Shown here piece after piece: positions 40,259 through 49,309 of a DNA stretch of 64,000 nt. Origin of the DNA: Ostreococcus lucimarinus (taxonomy: Eukaryota); the NCBI GenBank assembly GCA_000092065.1, contig CP000584.1; one strand, 5' to 3'. The notes beneath the pieces were generated by a model. It did not search any database, had not been told where the DNA came from, and was given only the letters and a program-made list of their open reading frames with translations. Position numbers and translations under genes: made by a program. How positions within the stretch are numbered: position 1 is the stretch's first letter; each line of letters opens with the position of its first letter.

Positions 40259-41138
40259 ATGAAACGCCGCGACTCGCTCGACGATAGCGCGATGTCCCGA
40301 ACGTCGTCCTCGTCGTCCCCTCGCGCGCCGCGCACGCGCGTCGAGCTGAAAGAAATCGGCAACGAAGCGTTTCGCTCGCAAAAGTTTCAACAGGTGCGCG
40401 AGGCGCCGCGCGGACCGTCAGCGCGAACGCTCGACTGACGCGCGCGCGCCGCAGGCCATCGACGCGTACACGTATGCGCTCGAGAAGTACGGCGAAGACG
40501 TGGCCACGCTCACCAATCTCAGCGCGACGTACTTGGAATTGGGCGAGTACGAGCTCGCGGCGGCCACGGCGAACCGCGCGCTCGAGGAAAACGCGGCGTG
40601 GAGAAAAGGGTACCACCGCATGGGAGTGGCGTATGAGAAAATGGGTAAGAAGCGCGAGGCGATGGAGGTGTACAGGCGTGGAATCGCGCGGTGTGGGGTC
40701 AACGCGCAGATGCAGGGTCGATTGGACGCGCTCGCGGCGGCTACGGCGCGCGAGGAGGCGTCGCCCGAGGAATTAAAGGCACGAGGGAATGCATTTCTTC
40801 GAGAAGGCGACACCGTGCGCGCGGAGGAGACGTACACGTTAGCGATTGACAAGGGCGACGCGACGGGAGCGACACTCGTGGCGCTATACAACAACAGAGC
40901 CGAAGCGCGACGGCGAGCTGGCGCGTACGACGCCGTCGTCGAAGACTGCACTAAAGTCTTGGAGCTTGATCCTCGAAACTTAAAGGCCACCCTTCGTCGC
41001 GGCGGGACGTACGAAATCCTCGAGAAGTACTCGCGGGCGTGCGAGGATTACGAATTCGCGCTCGAGATCGATCCCATGGATCCTTGTCGCGTGCGTACTC
41101 GGTTGGCGAGATGTCGAAGCCTCGCGCGCGGCGCGTAA
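40259..41138 (+). CDS. TPR-repeat protein (Hop/TTC1-like co-chaperone-type TPR); join(40259..40393,40455..41138)
   Basis: Exon 1 encodes MKRRDSLDDSAMSRTSSSSSPRAPRTRVELKEIGNEAFRSQKFQQ, the classic first half of a TPR1 motif. Exon 2 continues AIDAYTYALEKYGEDVATLTNLSATYLELGEYELA and carries further TPRs. A 61-nt intron with GTGCGC donor, cgactgac branch and ccgcag acceptor separates them. Confidence 0.75.
40394..40454 (+). other. Intron (61 nt) in the TPR gene
   Basis: GTGCGC donor, CTGAC branch 16 nt upstream of the CAG acceptor. It splits a TPR motif that is continuous after splicing. Confidence 0.7.
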
Positions 41139-41182
41139 GAGCGTTGTTACAGGGTCTAAACTCGCTAATTCGTGCTATGCTT

Positions 41183-42079
41183 TCACTGTATCGCGCGATA
41201 CAAAGTGATTTCTTGTTGTTTGAAGTACCGCCTGTCCCACTCGTCCACGAGAACGAGGTTGAGATAATACTTGACGCTGAACCGATTGTTTACGTTTTTG
41301 TACGTCGGTGTCAAATCGTACGGCGACAAAAACAGCCGCACCGGAATCGACTCTCCTCGCACGGGCGCCCCGTCCATGACTTCGTACTTTGCAATCGTCT
41401 CGCTTTCGTTGTGCGCGCTCGCTCCGCCCTCCGTGCTCTCCCGTCGCCGAATCTCAAGCTCCATGTGTTTGATTTTTATCTTCACCAACAAAAAGTAAAT
41501 CTTCCCAACGACGACGTCTTTCAACGAATACTTCGCCCTGGCGTACTCAAACTCGATGTGCAAACAATCCTCGATCCCAACCTCCATTCGAATCGAATTA
41601 TTCATCTCTGGCACCGCGGGCACGGGATTTTGCACCCAGAACTTGAACTCTTGCGCGACGCCGCTCGCGTACGACCGACTCACGACGACGCGCAGAAAAT
41701 ATCTCAACCGCACGTTTATCCCGTGGTAACTCTCGTGCTGCATCTCGACGTGTTTAAACTCAAATCCCAAGCTCTTCGGCGCGCTCAGTTCTCCCGGCGG
41801 TTCGAGGTCTCGCGTCGACGCCAAAAAATCGACGACGGATCTATCGCCGTACCGTTCAATCTGTCCGATCAACTCCACGCGCACGCCGCGGTGTTCAAAC
41901 TTTTTGCCGGGTATCGGCGCGACGTGCACCTTGCCCACGATCGTCTGTCCCGTGGAGAACAGCGGGAGGTGCTCGTGCGCGGTGCCTTGCTCGTTTTTCA
42001 CGCTCACCATCGGTTGGGCGTCCCCGGCGTCGTGCGTGAGGTCGACGGTGCACACCTTGCCGAAACCGAGGAACGACAT
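41183..42079 (-). CDS. VPS26: Vacuolar protein sorting 26 (retromer subunit)
   Basis: 298-aa ORF with near full-length collinearity with VPS26 (MSFLGFGK..., ESYHGINVRLRYFLRV, NNSIRMEVGIEDCLHIEFEYARAKYSLKDVVVGKIYFLLVKIKIKHMELEI, ETIAKYEVMDGAPVRGESIPVRLFL, VLVDEWDRRYFKQQEITLYR). Confidence 0.95.
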   Translation of the reverse strand: MSFLGFGKVCTVDLTHDAGDAQPMVSVKNEQGTAHEHLPLFSTGQTIVGKVHVAPIPGKKFEHRGVRVELIGQIERYGDRSVVDFLASTRDLEPPGELSAPKSLGFEFKHVEMQHESYHGINVRLRYFLRVVVSRSYASGVAQEFKFWVQNPVPAVPEMNNSIRMEVGIEDCLHIEFEYARAKYSLKDVVVGKIYFLLVKIKIKHMELEIRRRESTEGGASAHNESETIAKYEVMDGAPVRGESIPVRLFLSPYDLTPTYKNVNNRFSVKYYLNLVLVDEWDRRYFKQQEITLYRAIQ

Positions 42080-42274
42080 GGCGCCGCGCGCGCGCGAGTC
42101 GCTCGGTTCGCTTCGAGCGCGGGCGCGAGCGACGCCGGGCGTGGACGCGCGTCGCGGTGTGCGGGACGCGCGCGCGCGAGCGGCGAGCGGGACGACGAGA
42201 CGGCGTCGAATCGGCGAAACAAAACGTTTAATCGGGCTATGCTACACAACGACACGCGACACAATATTTCTCAC

Positions 42275-43453
42275 TCACTTGCGCCCGTTTGAATCGCGGG
42301 ATTTCTTCTTGGCGGCTTTGGCGGCTTCTTTTTCCATGGCGCGGCGTTGCGCGCGCGGCAGCTTGGCGTACTCGGCTTCGGCGGCTTTGCGCTTGTTGTC
42401 GGCTTCGAGCTCCTCGGGCGTCGGCACGGGAGGCGTCGAGGACGCGATCCAAAGCTGAGAAACCCACTTTTCGTGACCTTCTTTCGCGGGCGTGGCGGTG
42501 TGCAGGGTTCGGGCGTCCGGCATGCACGCGGCGGAGCTCGGGAAGAAGACCAACGCCTTGCCCTTCTTCGGCGCGACTTCGATGCCCAGGTGCTCGAAAC
42601 GCGTCTCACCACCCTCGTCGACGTCGTTCAGGTACACCAAAATAGTCGCGCGTCGTTGATACCCCTTATCCGCGGCGACAGCGATCGGAAAGCCGTCTTC
42701 GTGCGCCTTGAAATACTCGCCGCCAGAGTAGTGCGCCACCTGCGGCAACTCAAACGACCACTTGCCTTCGCCCGCCTCGGGCGCTCGGAACGCATCCGCA
42801 TCCTTACTCAACCCCTCCACCGCGGGCAACAAGTACTCCGCGCGGCTCAAAATCGCCTTCTTCGTCGCGTGATTCTCCAACCCGTGCGAATTCAGCGCCA
42901 CCGTCCTCGACGTTCGAATGTTTTCGTTCGCCGCGCCGCCGATGGCGCTCACCTTCAACCCTCCGCTCGCCTCCGCGCTCGCCGTCAACATATCGCACTC
43001 GTTCGCGCTCAAAAAGTCATCCACCGTGAAAACGGGCGGGTCGATGTTTAACACGCGCAGCCCTGGCATGTCGTTCGTGCGCACGCCCATGAATTCAAAC
43101 GACAGAAATCCCGTAAACGACGTTCGCCACTCCTCCGGGGCGTCCCTGAGCAGCACGCCGCCCTCGAGCAATTGTTCGGGAAGAATCTTCGACAGCGTCG
43201 TGCGCTCGTGCGCCGGCACGAACCGAGGCTTTTCTTCGCTCGGTTCCGCCGCGCCGTCGGCGTCGGCGCGGCGCAGAACGCGCGCGCGACGGGGGGTTCC
43301 GACGCGAAGTTGACCTAGACCCTGAATGGCGTTCGAGCGATGCGCGCGCGACGCGGCGGTGACGCGCGCGACGGCGTGACGCGGCGAGTGCGTCGCGCTC
43401 GTCGTGCGCATCGCGCCGCGGGTGAACGGCGAGGCTCGGGCGATGGACGCCAT
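42275..43453 (-). CDS. Prolyl 4-hydroxylase-like 2OG-Fe(II) oxygenase with N-terminal presequence and Lys-rich tail
   Basis: HxD motif (KAHEDGF), a P4H-alpha type core (RRATILVYLNDVDEGGETRFEHLGIEVAPKKGKALVFFPS) and a distal His (TLHTATP). The N-terminus is Arg/Ser/Thr-rich. Confidence 0.82.
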   Translation of the reverse strand: MASIARASPFTRGAMRTTSATHSPRHAVARVTAASRAHRSNAIQGLGQLRVGTPRRARVLRRADADGAAEPSEEKPRFVPAHERTTLSKILPEQLLEGGVLLRDAPEEWRTSFTGFLSFEFMGVRTNDMPGLRVLNIDPPVFTVDDFLSANECDMLTASAEASGGLKVSAIGGAANENIRTSRTVALNSHGLENHATKKAILSRAEYLLPAVEGLSKDADAFRAPEAGEGKWSFELPQVAHYSGGEYFKAHEDGFPIAVAADKGYQRRATILVYLNDVDEGGETRFEHLGIEVAPKKGKALVFFPSSAACMPDARTLHTATPAKEGHEKWVSQLWIASSTPPVPTPEELEADNKRKAAEAEYAKLPRAQRRAMEKEAAKAAKKKSRDSNGRK

Positions 43454-43550
43454 GTCGGATTGTGAGGTGGGAGGGGAGGGGGCGCGGACGGCGGCGGCGA
43501 GCGGGACGGACGGCGACGCGTAATGTCGAGCGGTGACGTTCGTGCGTGGG

Positions 43551-44861
43551 CTACATGCGAGCTAAGACAGTTTTGCCGAACGCGATTCCGAGGAAGGTGG
43601 CGACGGTGTACCCGAGAACGCCTACGAGCATGGCGGGGACGACGAGGGATTTCCAATTTTTCGCCGAAGCCATCGCGGCGGCTGTGGTGGGACCGCCGAC
43701 GCACGCGTTGGAGGCTAGTAAAGCGTTCGCTTTGTCGAATCTGAGCGCTTTGCCGACGGCGAGGAGGAATGCTAAGTGAATGGCGACCTGTAGGCAGGAG
43801 AAGACGAATAAGGACGGCGCAGTGGTGAGCATGTGGGTGATGGATCCCGACGCGCCGACGGCGACGAAGAAGGCTTGCATGACGAGCGTCGCGAGCGCCT
43901 CGCCCGAGCCCGCGAGCGCTCCGAGACGTCTAGGTATCGCCGTCGCGAGAACGACCGTTATCAACGTGATGATCGGGATGTCCATGCCACGCAGATTGAG
44001 CGCGGCGGAGATGAGCTTCGCCGCGTATCCGACGGAGGCCGCCACGGCGAGCGCGTACGACGCGCGCAACGCGCTGAAAGGCTCACCCGCGCCCTCGCCC
44101 TCAACGAGCGCGACCGTGTCGAGCGCGACGTCGCCATCGCCCTGGCTCTCGCGCGCGTCGACGTCTCCGCCGTCGCGCGTTTTCGGCATCACGCCCTTCG
44201 CCAGCGCGAACAATCCCATAAAGTACAACGCGTTCATCAAATTATCCGCCGCCAAACCCGCCGCCATGATATTCGGTGTCATCTCCAACGCGTTCGCCAC
44301 GGCGACGAAATTCACCGCCCCCCCGATGTGTCGCGCCATCAACGCGCTCGCCATCTTCCACCCCTCCGCTCCTAGCGCCGTCATCGGCACCGCCGCGAAC
44401 GCCCCCAGCGTCCCGAGCGTCGTCCCGAGCGCGCCGACGACGAAACACGGCAACAAGCGCGCCGATCCGCGCAGCACTCGTCGCACGTCCGCCGTGAACA
44501 GCAACATGGGCACCGCGAGCGGTAACAAGAACCCATTAATCATCCCGTACGTCGGCGCGTCCGTCGGCATGATTCCCGCGTTCGCGAGCGCGAGCGCCGC
44601 GAGCGTGCTCACCAGCGGCGCGCCGCCCGCGTTCGCTCCCCACGGGCGCTTCTCCGCCCAAAGCCCGAACGCACCGCACGCGAGCACCGCGGTCCAAACA
44701 CCGAGCGCGTCGGTCGGCGCGATGAGCGCGCGCGTCGCGGCGTCGCGCGTTCGGCGCGTTCGGGACGCACCGCCGTCCCGAACGCGCGACTTCGCGCGGC
44801 GTTCGCGCGCCGGCGCGGGCGCGCGCGCGCGCGCGACCGACGCGAGCGCGTCGCGCGACAT
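43551..44861 (-). CDS. DUF819-family integral membrane protein with N-terminal transit-peptide-like extension
   Basis: 436-aa polytopic protein carrying the C-terminal DUF819 signature (LLASNACVGGPTTAAAMASAKNW) and about 10 hydrophobic helices. The N-terminal 50 aa are basic and hydroxylated. Confidence 0.7.
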   Translation of the reverse strand: MSRDALASVARARAPAPARERRAKSRVRDGGASRTRRTRDAATRALIAPTDALGVWTAVLACGAFGLWAEKRPWGANAGGAPLVSTLAALALANAGIMPTDAPTYGMINGFLLPLAVPMLLFTADVRRVLRGSARLLPCFVVGALGTTLGTLGAFAAVPMTALGAEGWKMASALMARHIGGAVNFVAVANALEMTPNIMAAGLAADNLMNALYFMGLFALAKGVMPKTRDGGDVDARESQGDGDVALDTVALVEGEGAGEPFSALRASYALAVAASVGYAAKLISAALNLRGMDIPIITLITVVLATAIPRRLGALAGSGEALATLVMQAFFVAVGASGSITHMLTTAPSLFVFSCLQVAIHLAFLLAVGKALRFDKANALLASNACVGGPTTAAAMASAKNWKSLVVPAMLVGVLGYTVATFLGIAFGKTVLARM

Positions 44862-45282
44862 GCGCGCGATCGACGCGCGCGCGTTCGGGCGCCGGCGCGC
44901 GCGTCGCGCGCGAGGAGAGCCGCGAGAGCGTCACTTTAACGCGCGCGGTGCGGTGCCGCCGCGACGCGAAGCGAACCGACGCCGCGCTCGATGTCGTCGC
45001 TCGCGCAGCCGGCGGCGTCGCAGGCGAAGGTGCTCGTCGGCGTGCTGGCGGGGTGCGCGATCGCGGCGGTACCGTTCGCGTTCAAGACGGTTCGACAGAG
45101 GGAACAGGTGGTGGCGGAGGCGCGGGACGGGGCGTACGACGCGCGGGACGACGCTCGCAACGCGCGACTGAGCGCGAAAAAGCGTTAGATTATCGTTGTA
45201 GTGATATGTGATCTGTGTGTGTGTTCGTTCACGCGCGCGTGGGCTGGCTAGTGTGTGGGTGGTACTACAGAACGGGGCTGCG

Positions 45283-47379
45283 CTACGCGACGGGCTCGTC
45301 GGCTACGCGCGGCGGCGCGGCGGCGGCTCGCGCGCTCGGCACGAGTCTCGGTAACGCGTCCTTGATGTGCTGCAAACTGCGCACGAGAAGCTCTTCAGAT
45401 TCTGGCACGGAGTCGAGGCTGTGCACGGTGCGGCGATCGTTCACAGGGTCGGTGTGGACGACCAATTGAAACGTCGGCGACAGGAGAATTTCGCGCTCGT
45501 CGTAAAAGTTGACTTGAATCGTTTTGTTGGATAAACGCCACATGACGCCCTTGGAGGTGCGGAGCCAGCTCTTTACGTATGGTGGCATCGTTTGTGGATC
45601 CCGCGCGCGCGACTCGCCGTCGTGCGAAAGACCGCCGATGGACTGGTACACCGAGCCGCGATGTTTGGTGTCGGAGAGATACTCGCGGAAATGCCCGGCG
45701 AGCAAAACCTTCTTCGCCACGTCACGACCATACTTTCGCGCCTCTGCGGGATAGACAAGCATGCGACCGAAATCGCTCCCTAGTGCTCGCGCCTTCTCAG
45801 GATCGATCACGGTGTCTTCGATCGGGGGATCGGGGTTTTGCGAGTGCGGCGACGCCATGTACACGATGGGCGAGTCGGCGGTCCCCTCCATAAACATCAT
45901 TCTTGTATCGTCGTTGAACGCCACGCCAATCGTGCCATCGCTCAGTTTATACCCCATGCCGTACTTCGATGTGAAATCGACCCACGAATCGACCCATAGA
46001 TGCGGGAAGTAGCTCGCCATCGCGCGAGATTCGTCTTCAGAATCCGTGCGCAATTGCAAACTGTCGAGCTTGTCGCCCAGAAGCGACGTGGGGTGGCCGG
46101 TCTCGATATCACCGTCGGTCGAAGCGCTCGCGTACTCCGGTTCGCGACACCGATTCGTCGCGAGCAGTCCATTGGAGGCGCTTTCCACCGCTACGACGTC
46201 TCTCTCCATCGCCCTCGCGTGCGCGCCCGCCGTGAGCCTATTCTGATCTAAACTTTGCAGCGGCGAACGCAATTGCTGCGTCGCCGCGGACGGATTCGTC
46301 GCCTTCGATGGCGCTTCGGCACAGATTGTGTCACCGTCTCGAGCGTCGAGTCTGCGCGATTTCGTCACCGGCTTTTTCGGTGACGATACCGTCGTCGTCT
46401 TTGATCGTCGTTCGACGTACGGTGCCGGCTTTTCGTCAGCTAATTTCCAGTCCTCCGCACCGAGCTTCATGAACGGGTGCGCCGCTATCTGTTGCAATGT
46501 CGGTCGCTTCTCGGGCTCGGCGCTCAGAGCGGCGCGAATCAAATCCTTGGTAGAGTCCGCGATCGGAGGGTCATCTGGTATGTCGTACTCGTTGGCTCGA
46601 ATGCGTTTGTACGTCAACTTGACATCCTTGGTTTGAAACGGCGGCGAGCCGAAGAGCAACGTGTACAGAATTACCCCCAACGACCACGTATCGACTTCGT
46701 AGGAGTGACCGGGACCTTCTTTACCCTTGAGAACTTCTGGTGCGATGTAATTCGGTGTCCCGCAAATCGTCCTTCGCCGCTCGTCGTCGTGATCCATCGC
46801 GCACGCCAAACCGAAATCTCCAATCTTCACTCGCTTCGCCGCGCCGAGCTTATTCAACTCGGCGTCCGTTCCAGGTCCGCCGCCCTCCGCTTTGATCTCC
46901 TCCAACCCTTCTTTGGTCAAAAACAGATTTCCGAGCTTCAAGTCTCTGTGAATCACTCGCATCGCGTGCAGGTGCGCCGTCGCCGACACCGCCTCTCGCA
47001 TGTAACACGCCGCCGCCATCTCTCTCATGGCACCGCGAGACTTTACGATATCCGCCAACGTCCTGTTCGAACACATCTCCATCAAGATGTACACGTGATT
47101 ATCGTCCTCGAAACAACGCTCAAACCGCACCACTTGATCGCACGAGACGCTCTTGTGAATCCGAATCTCCGTCACCATCTTCTTCCTCGCCCGCGGTTTC
47201 TCCAGCGTCGACTTCGCCACCACCTTACACGCGAACGACCTCCCCGTCGCCGCTTCCTGCACCGCAAACACCACCGCGAACCCTCCTTTCCCTAACGCGC
47301 GTCCTCGAATGTACCGCCGCGCCCGCTTCGCGCCGTCGCCGCCGTCGTAATACTCCGTGATGACGCGCGGACACCTCAC
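45283..47379 (-). CDS. PLK1: Polo-like kinase (Ser/Thr kinase domain plus two polo boxes)
   Basis: Kinase subdomains (LGKGGFAVVF, HRDLKLGNLFL, DFGLA, GTPNYIAPEV) and a C-terminal polo-box domain (WVDFTSKYGMGYKLSDGTIGVAFNDDTRMMF and LSNKTIQVNFYDEREILLSP). Confidence 0.92.
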   Translation of the reverse strand: MRCPRVITEYYDGGDGAKRARRYIRGRALGKGGFAVVFAVQEAATGRSFACKVVAKSTLEKPRARKKMVTEIRIHKSVSCDQVVRFERCFEDDNHVYILMEMCSNRTLADIVKSRGAMREMAAACYMREAVSATAHLHAMRVIHRDLKLGNLFLTKEGLEEIKAEGGGPGTDAELNKLGAAKRVKIGDFGLACAMDHDDERRRTICGTPNYIAPEVLKGKEGPGHSYEVDTWSLGVILYTLLFGSPPFQTKDVKLTYKRIRANEYDIPDDPPIADSTKDLIRAALSAEPEKRPTLQQIAAHPFMKLGAEDWKLADEKPAPYVERRSKTTTVSSPKKPVTKSRRLDARDGDTICAEAPSKATNPSAATQQLRSPLQSLDQNRLTAGAHARAMERDVVAVESASNGLLATNRCREPEYASASTDGDIETGHPTSLLGDKLDSLQLRTDSEDESRAMASYFPHLWVDSWVDFTSKYGMGYKLSDGTIGVAFNDDTRMMFMEGTADSPIVYMASPHSQNPDPPIEDTVIDPEKARALGSDFGRMLVYPAEARKYGRDVAKKVLLAGHFREYLSDTKHRGSVYQSIGGLSHDGESRARDPQTMPPYVKSWLRTSKGVMWRLSNKTIQVNFYDEREILLSPTFQLVVHTDPVNDRRTVHSLDSVPESEELLVRSLQHIKDALPRLVPSARAAAAPPRVADEPVA

Positions 47380-47523
47380 CTCCTTCGCTCGATCTTGCCT
47401 GCGTCGCCGTCGCCGCGTCTCCGACCGTCAGTCGGCGTTCGCGCTTACCACCGCGTTTCTCGATCCTCACCGCGCGCCCTCGTCGCCCGCGCCGCCGTCG
47501 ATTCGCCCGCGCGCGTCGTCATC

Positions 47524-47547
47524 GCGAATTTCAAATTTCAAATCGCG
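47524..47547. promoter_or_regulatory. Near-palindromic element with tandem CHR-like TTTGAA motifs about 150 bp upstream of the polo-like kinase ATG
   Basis: In the gene's sense orientation it reads CGCGATTTGAAATTTGAAATTCGCG. CHR (TTYGAA) elements with an adjacent GC-rich CDE are hallmarks of G2/M promoters such as PLK1 and CCNB1. Confidence 0.4.
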
Positions 47548-47946
47548 TCCCGTCGCACCTCGGCGTTTTCTTCATCGGCGCGTCCTCGCGCGCGAGCGCC
47601 GCGGACGGCGTCGCGTCGTTCGCGCGGCGATTTCTCGGCGCGATGTTTTCATCGTTCAGCAGCGACATCGCGCGCGCGCGCGTCTCGCGCGTCGCGTTAA
47701 GACGTACATCCGGGGACGCGCCGACGGTCGCCGGCGTCGGTCCGCGCTCGACGCGCGTTGACTTTTGTTTTCGCGCGACGCGACGGCTCGGACGTCGCGG
47801 GCGCGACGACGACGCGGGAAAAAAGTGACGGTCGCGACGGTGGCGCGCGGTCGCGCGGTGCGCTCGCGATCCGACGCGCGCGACGCGCGACGGCGCGTCG
47901 TCGCTCGCGGTTTCTTCGCGCGGAACGCGAACCGACGAATATCGGA

Positions 47947-47996
47947 GACGACGACGACGACGAATATCGGAGACGACGACGACGACGGCGACGGCG
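47947..47996. repeat. Two tandem copies of a 25-nt unit (gaatatcggagacgacgacgacgac) in the PLK/oxidoreductase divergent intergenic region
   Basis: Direct tandem duplication visible in the sequence. Confidence 0.7.
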
Positions 47997-48014
47997 CGCA
48001 CACCGCGGCGCGCC

Positions 48015-49181
48015 ATGCGTCGATTCCGAAGGGCCGTGTTCGCGAAGCGCGCGCCCGCGGGCGTCGTCGTCGCGACCGTCGCGCCGTCGCGAAGGTTTCG
48101 GACGTCGGACGCGCCGCGCGCGCGGTCGCTCGCGCGCGAGATTGGACGCTTCGCGCGGCGCGCGTGGACGCGCTTTTGGGCGAACGTTTGGGGCGACGGC
48201 GAGGTCGATCCGCCTCGGCCGCGCGTGCTGGTGAAGGTGCGCGCGTGCTCGTTGAATCCGGTGGACGCCAAGTATCTGTACGGCGATAAGTGTCCGAGGA
48301 TGTTTCGGCCGTTCGTGCGCGGCGTCGTGGACGGCCGAGGCGTGGGATTTGACTTTAGCGGCGTCGTCGTCGAGGCGGACGCGAACGCGGAATTTAGACG
48401 AGGTCAAGCCGTGTTCGGGGTCGCACCGCCGCTTGAGGGCGCGTGCGCTGAGTACGTGGAGTGCTACGCCGATATGATCGCGGAGAAGAGCGTCAACATG
48501 ACGCACGCCGAAGCCGCGGCGATCGGCCTGTGCGGCGCGACGATTTGCCAAGCGCTCGACGCGTTTTGCAAAGTCGTTCCGTCACCCGTGCTCGTCATCG
48601 GCGCCTCTGGTGGATTGGGTCATTTAGCGGTGCAAATCTGCAAATGCGAGGGCGCAGAAGTCGTCGGCGTTTCGTCGGCGCGAAATTTGGAGTTTGTGCG
48701 TTCGCTCGGCGTCGACGCCGCGGCGCCGTACGACGATCCGGACTCGACGTTGGAAGAACACCTCGCCGAATGGGGGCACGGTCACAAGAAGTTCAAGCTC
48801 ATACTAGACACGGTCACGTCCAACGCCGCGGTGGACGCGCAGTACGATTACTGCTCGCGCCTGCGCGAAATCGTCGACGATGACTGTCGCTACGTAAAGT
48901 TCGGAGGAACGCCCACGCAATGGGCGTTCGCCCACATTCGTCGCATCGGGTTGACAGTGCCGTTCTCCGACTTTCACAAGCGCGCGCCACCGTTCTGGAT
49001 CTACTTCCGCGGCCTCGAGCGCCAATTGCGCTACTTGCGAGACATGTACGACGCCGGCGACTTGAAACCGCGCGTCGGTAATCGCTTCCCGTTCACGAAC
49101 GACGGCGTTCGCGACGCGTTCGCTCTCTTGCGCTCGCGCCGCGCCGTCGGTAAAGTCATCATCGACATCGATGAAAATTGA
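48015..49181 (+). CDS. Medium-chain dehydrogenase/reductase (zinc-free quinone-oxidoreductase-like) with N-terminal presequence
   Basis: MDR fold with an NAD(P) Rossmann motif (VLVIGASGGLGHLAVQICKCEGAEVVGVSSARNLEFVRSLGVD) and the N-terminal GroES-like region (RVLVKVRACSLNPVDAKYLYGDK). The N-terminus is basic. Confidence 0.8.
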   Translation: MRRFRRAVFAKRAPAGVVVATVAPSRRFRTSDAPRARSLAREIGRFARRAWTRFWANVWGDGEVDPPRPRVLVKVRACSLNPVDAKYLYGDKCPRMFRPFVRGVVDGRGVGFDFSGVVVEADANAEFRRGQAVFGVAPPLEGACAEYVECYADMIAEKSVNMTHAEAAAIGLCGATICQALDAFCKVVPSPVLVIGASGGLGHLAVQICKCEGAEVVGVSSARNLEFVRSLGVDAAAPYDDPDSTLEEHLAEWGHGHKKFKLILDTVTSNAAVDAQYDYCSRLREIVDDDCRYVKFGGTPTQWAFAHIRRIGLTVPFSDFHKRAPPFWIYFRGLERQLRYLRDMYDAGDLKPRVGNRFPFTNDGVRDAFALLRSRRAVGKVIIDIDEN

Positions 49182-49215
49182 ATACACGAACACCGTCCCG
49201 CGCGGCGGCGCGCCG

Positions 49216-49228
49216 TTTTCAAATCGCG
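49216..49228. promoter_or_regulatory. TTTTCAAATCGCG element (CHR-like TTTGAA on the opposite strand) about 85 bp upstream of the FANCJ-like helicase ATG
   Basis: The same CGCGATTTGAA core as the PLK upstream element. Confidence 0.3.
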
Positions 49229-49309
49229 ACAGCTGCGCCGCGCCTCACACATCGTCGCGCGTCGCGCGCGTCTTCCGCGGCCCCACCGAACGCGGCGCGG
49301 TGGCGAAGC

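Noticed and set aside
43780-45171. 463-aa + ORF
   Set aside because: It is antisense to the DUF819 membrane-protein gene and is an Ala/Ser/Pro/Arg-rich artefact.
47643-48551. Arg-rich ORFs on both strands in the PLK/oxidoreductase intergenic region (for example 47697..48551 minus, 47765..48289 plus)
   Set aside because: They lie in a GC-rich divergent promoter containing a 25-nt tandem repeat. They are low-complexity peptides overlapping the real oxidoreductase CDS out of frame.
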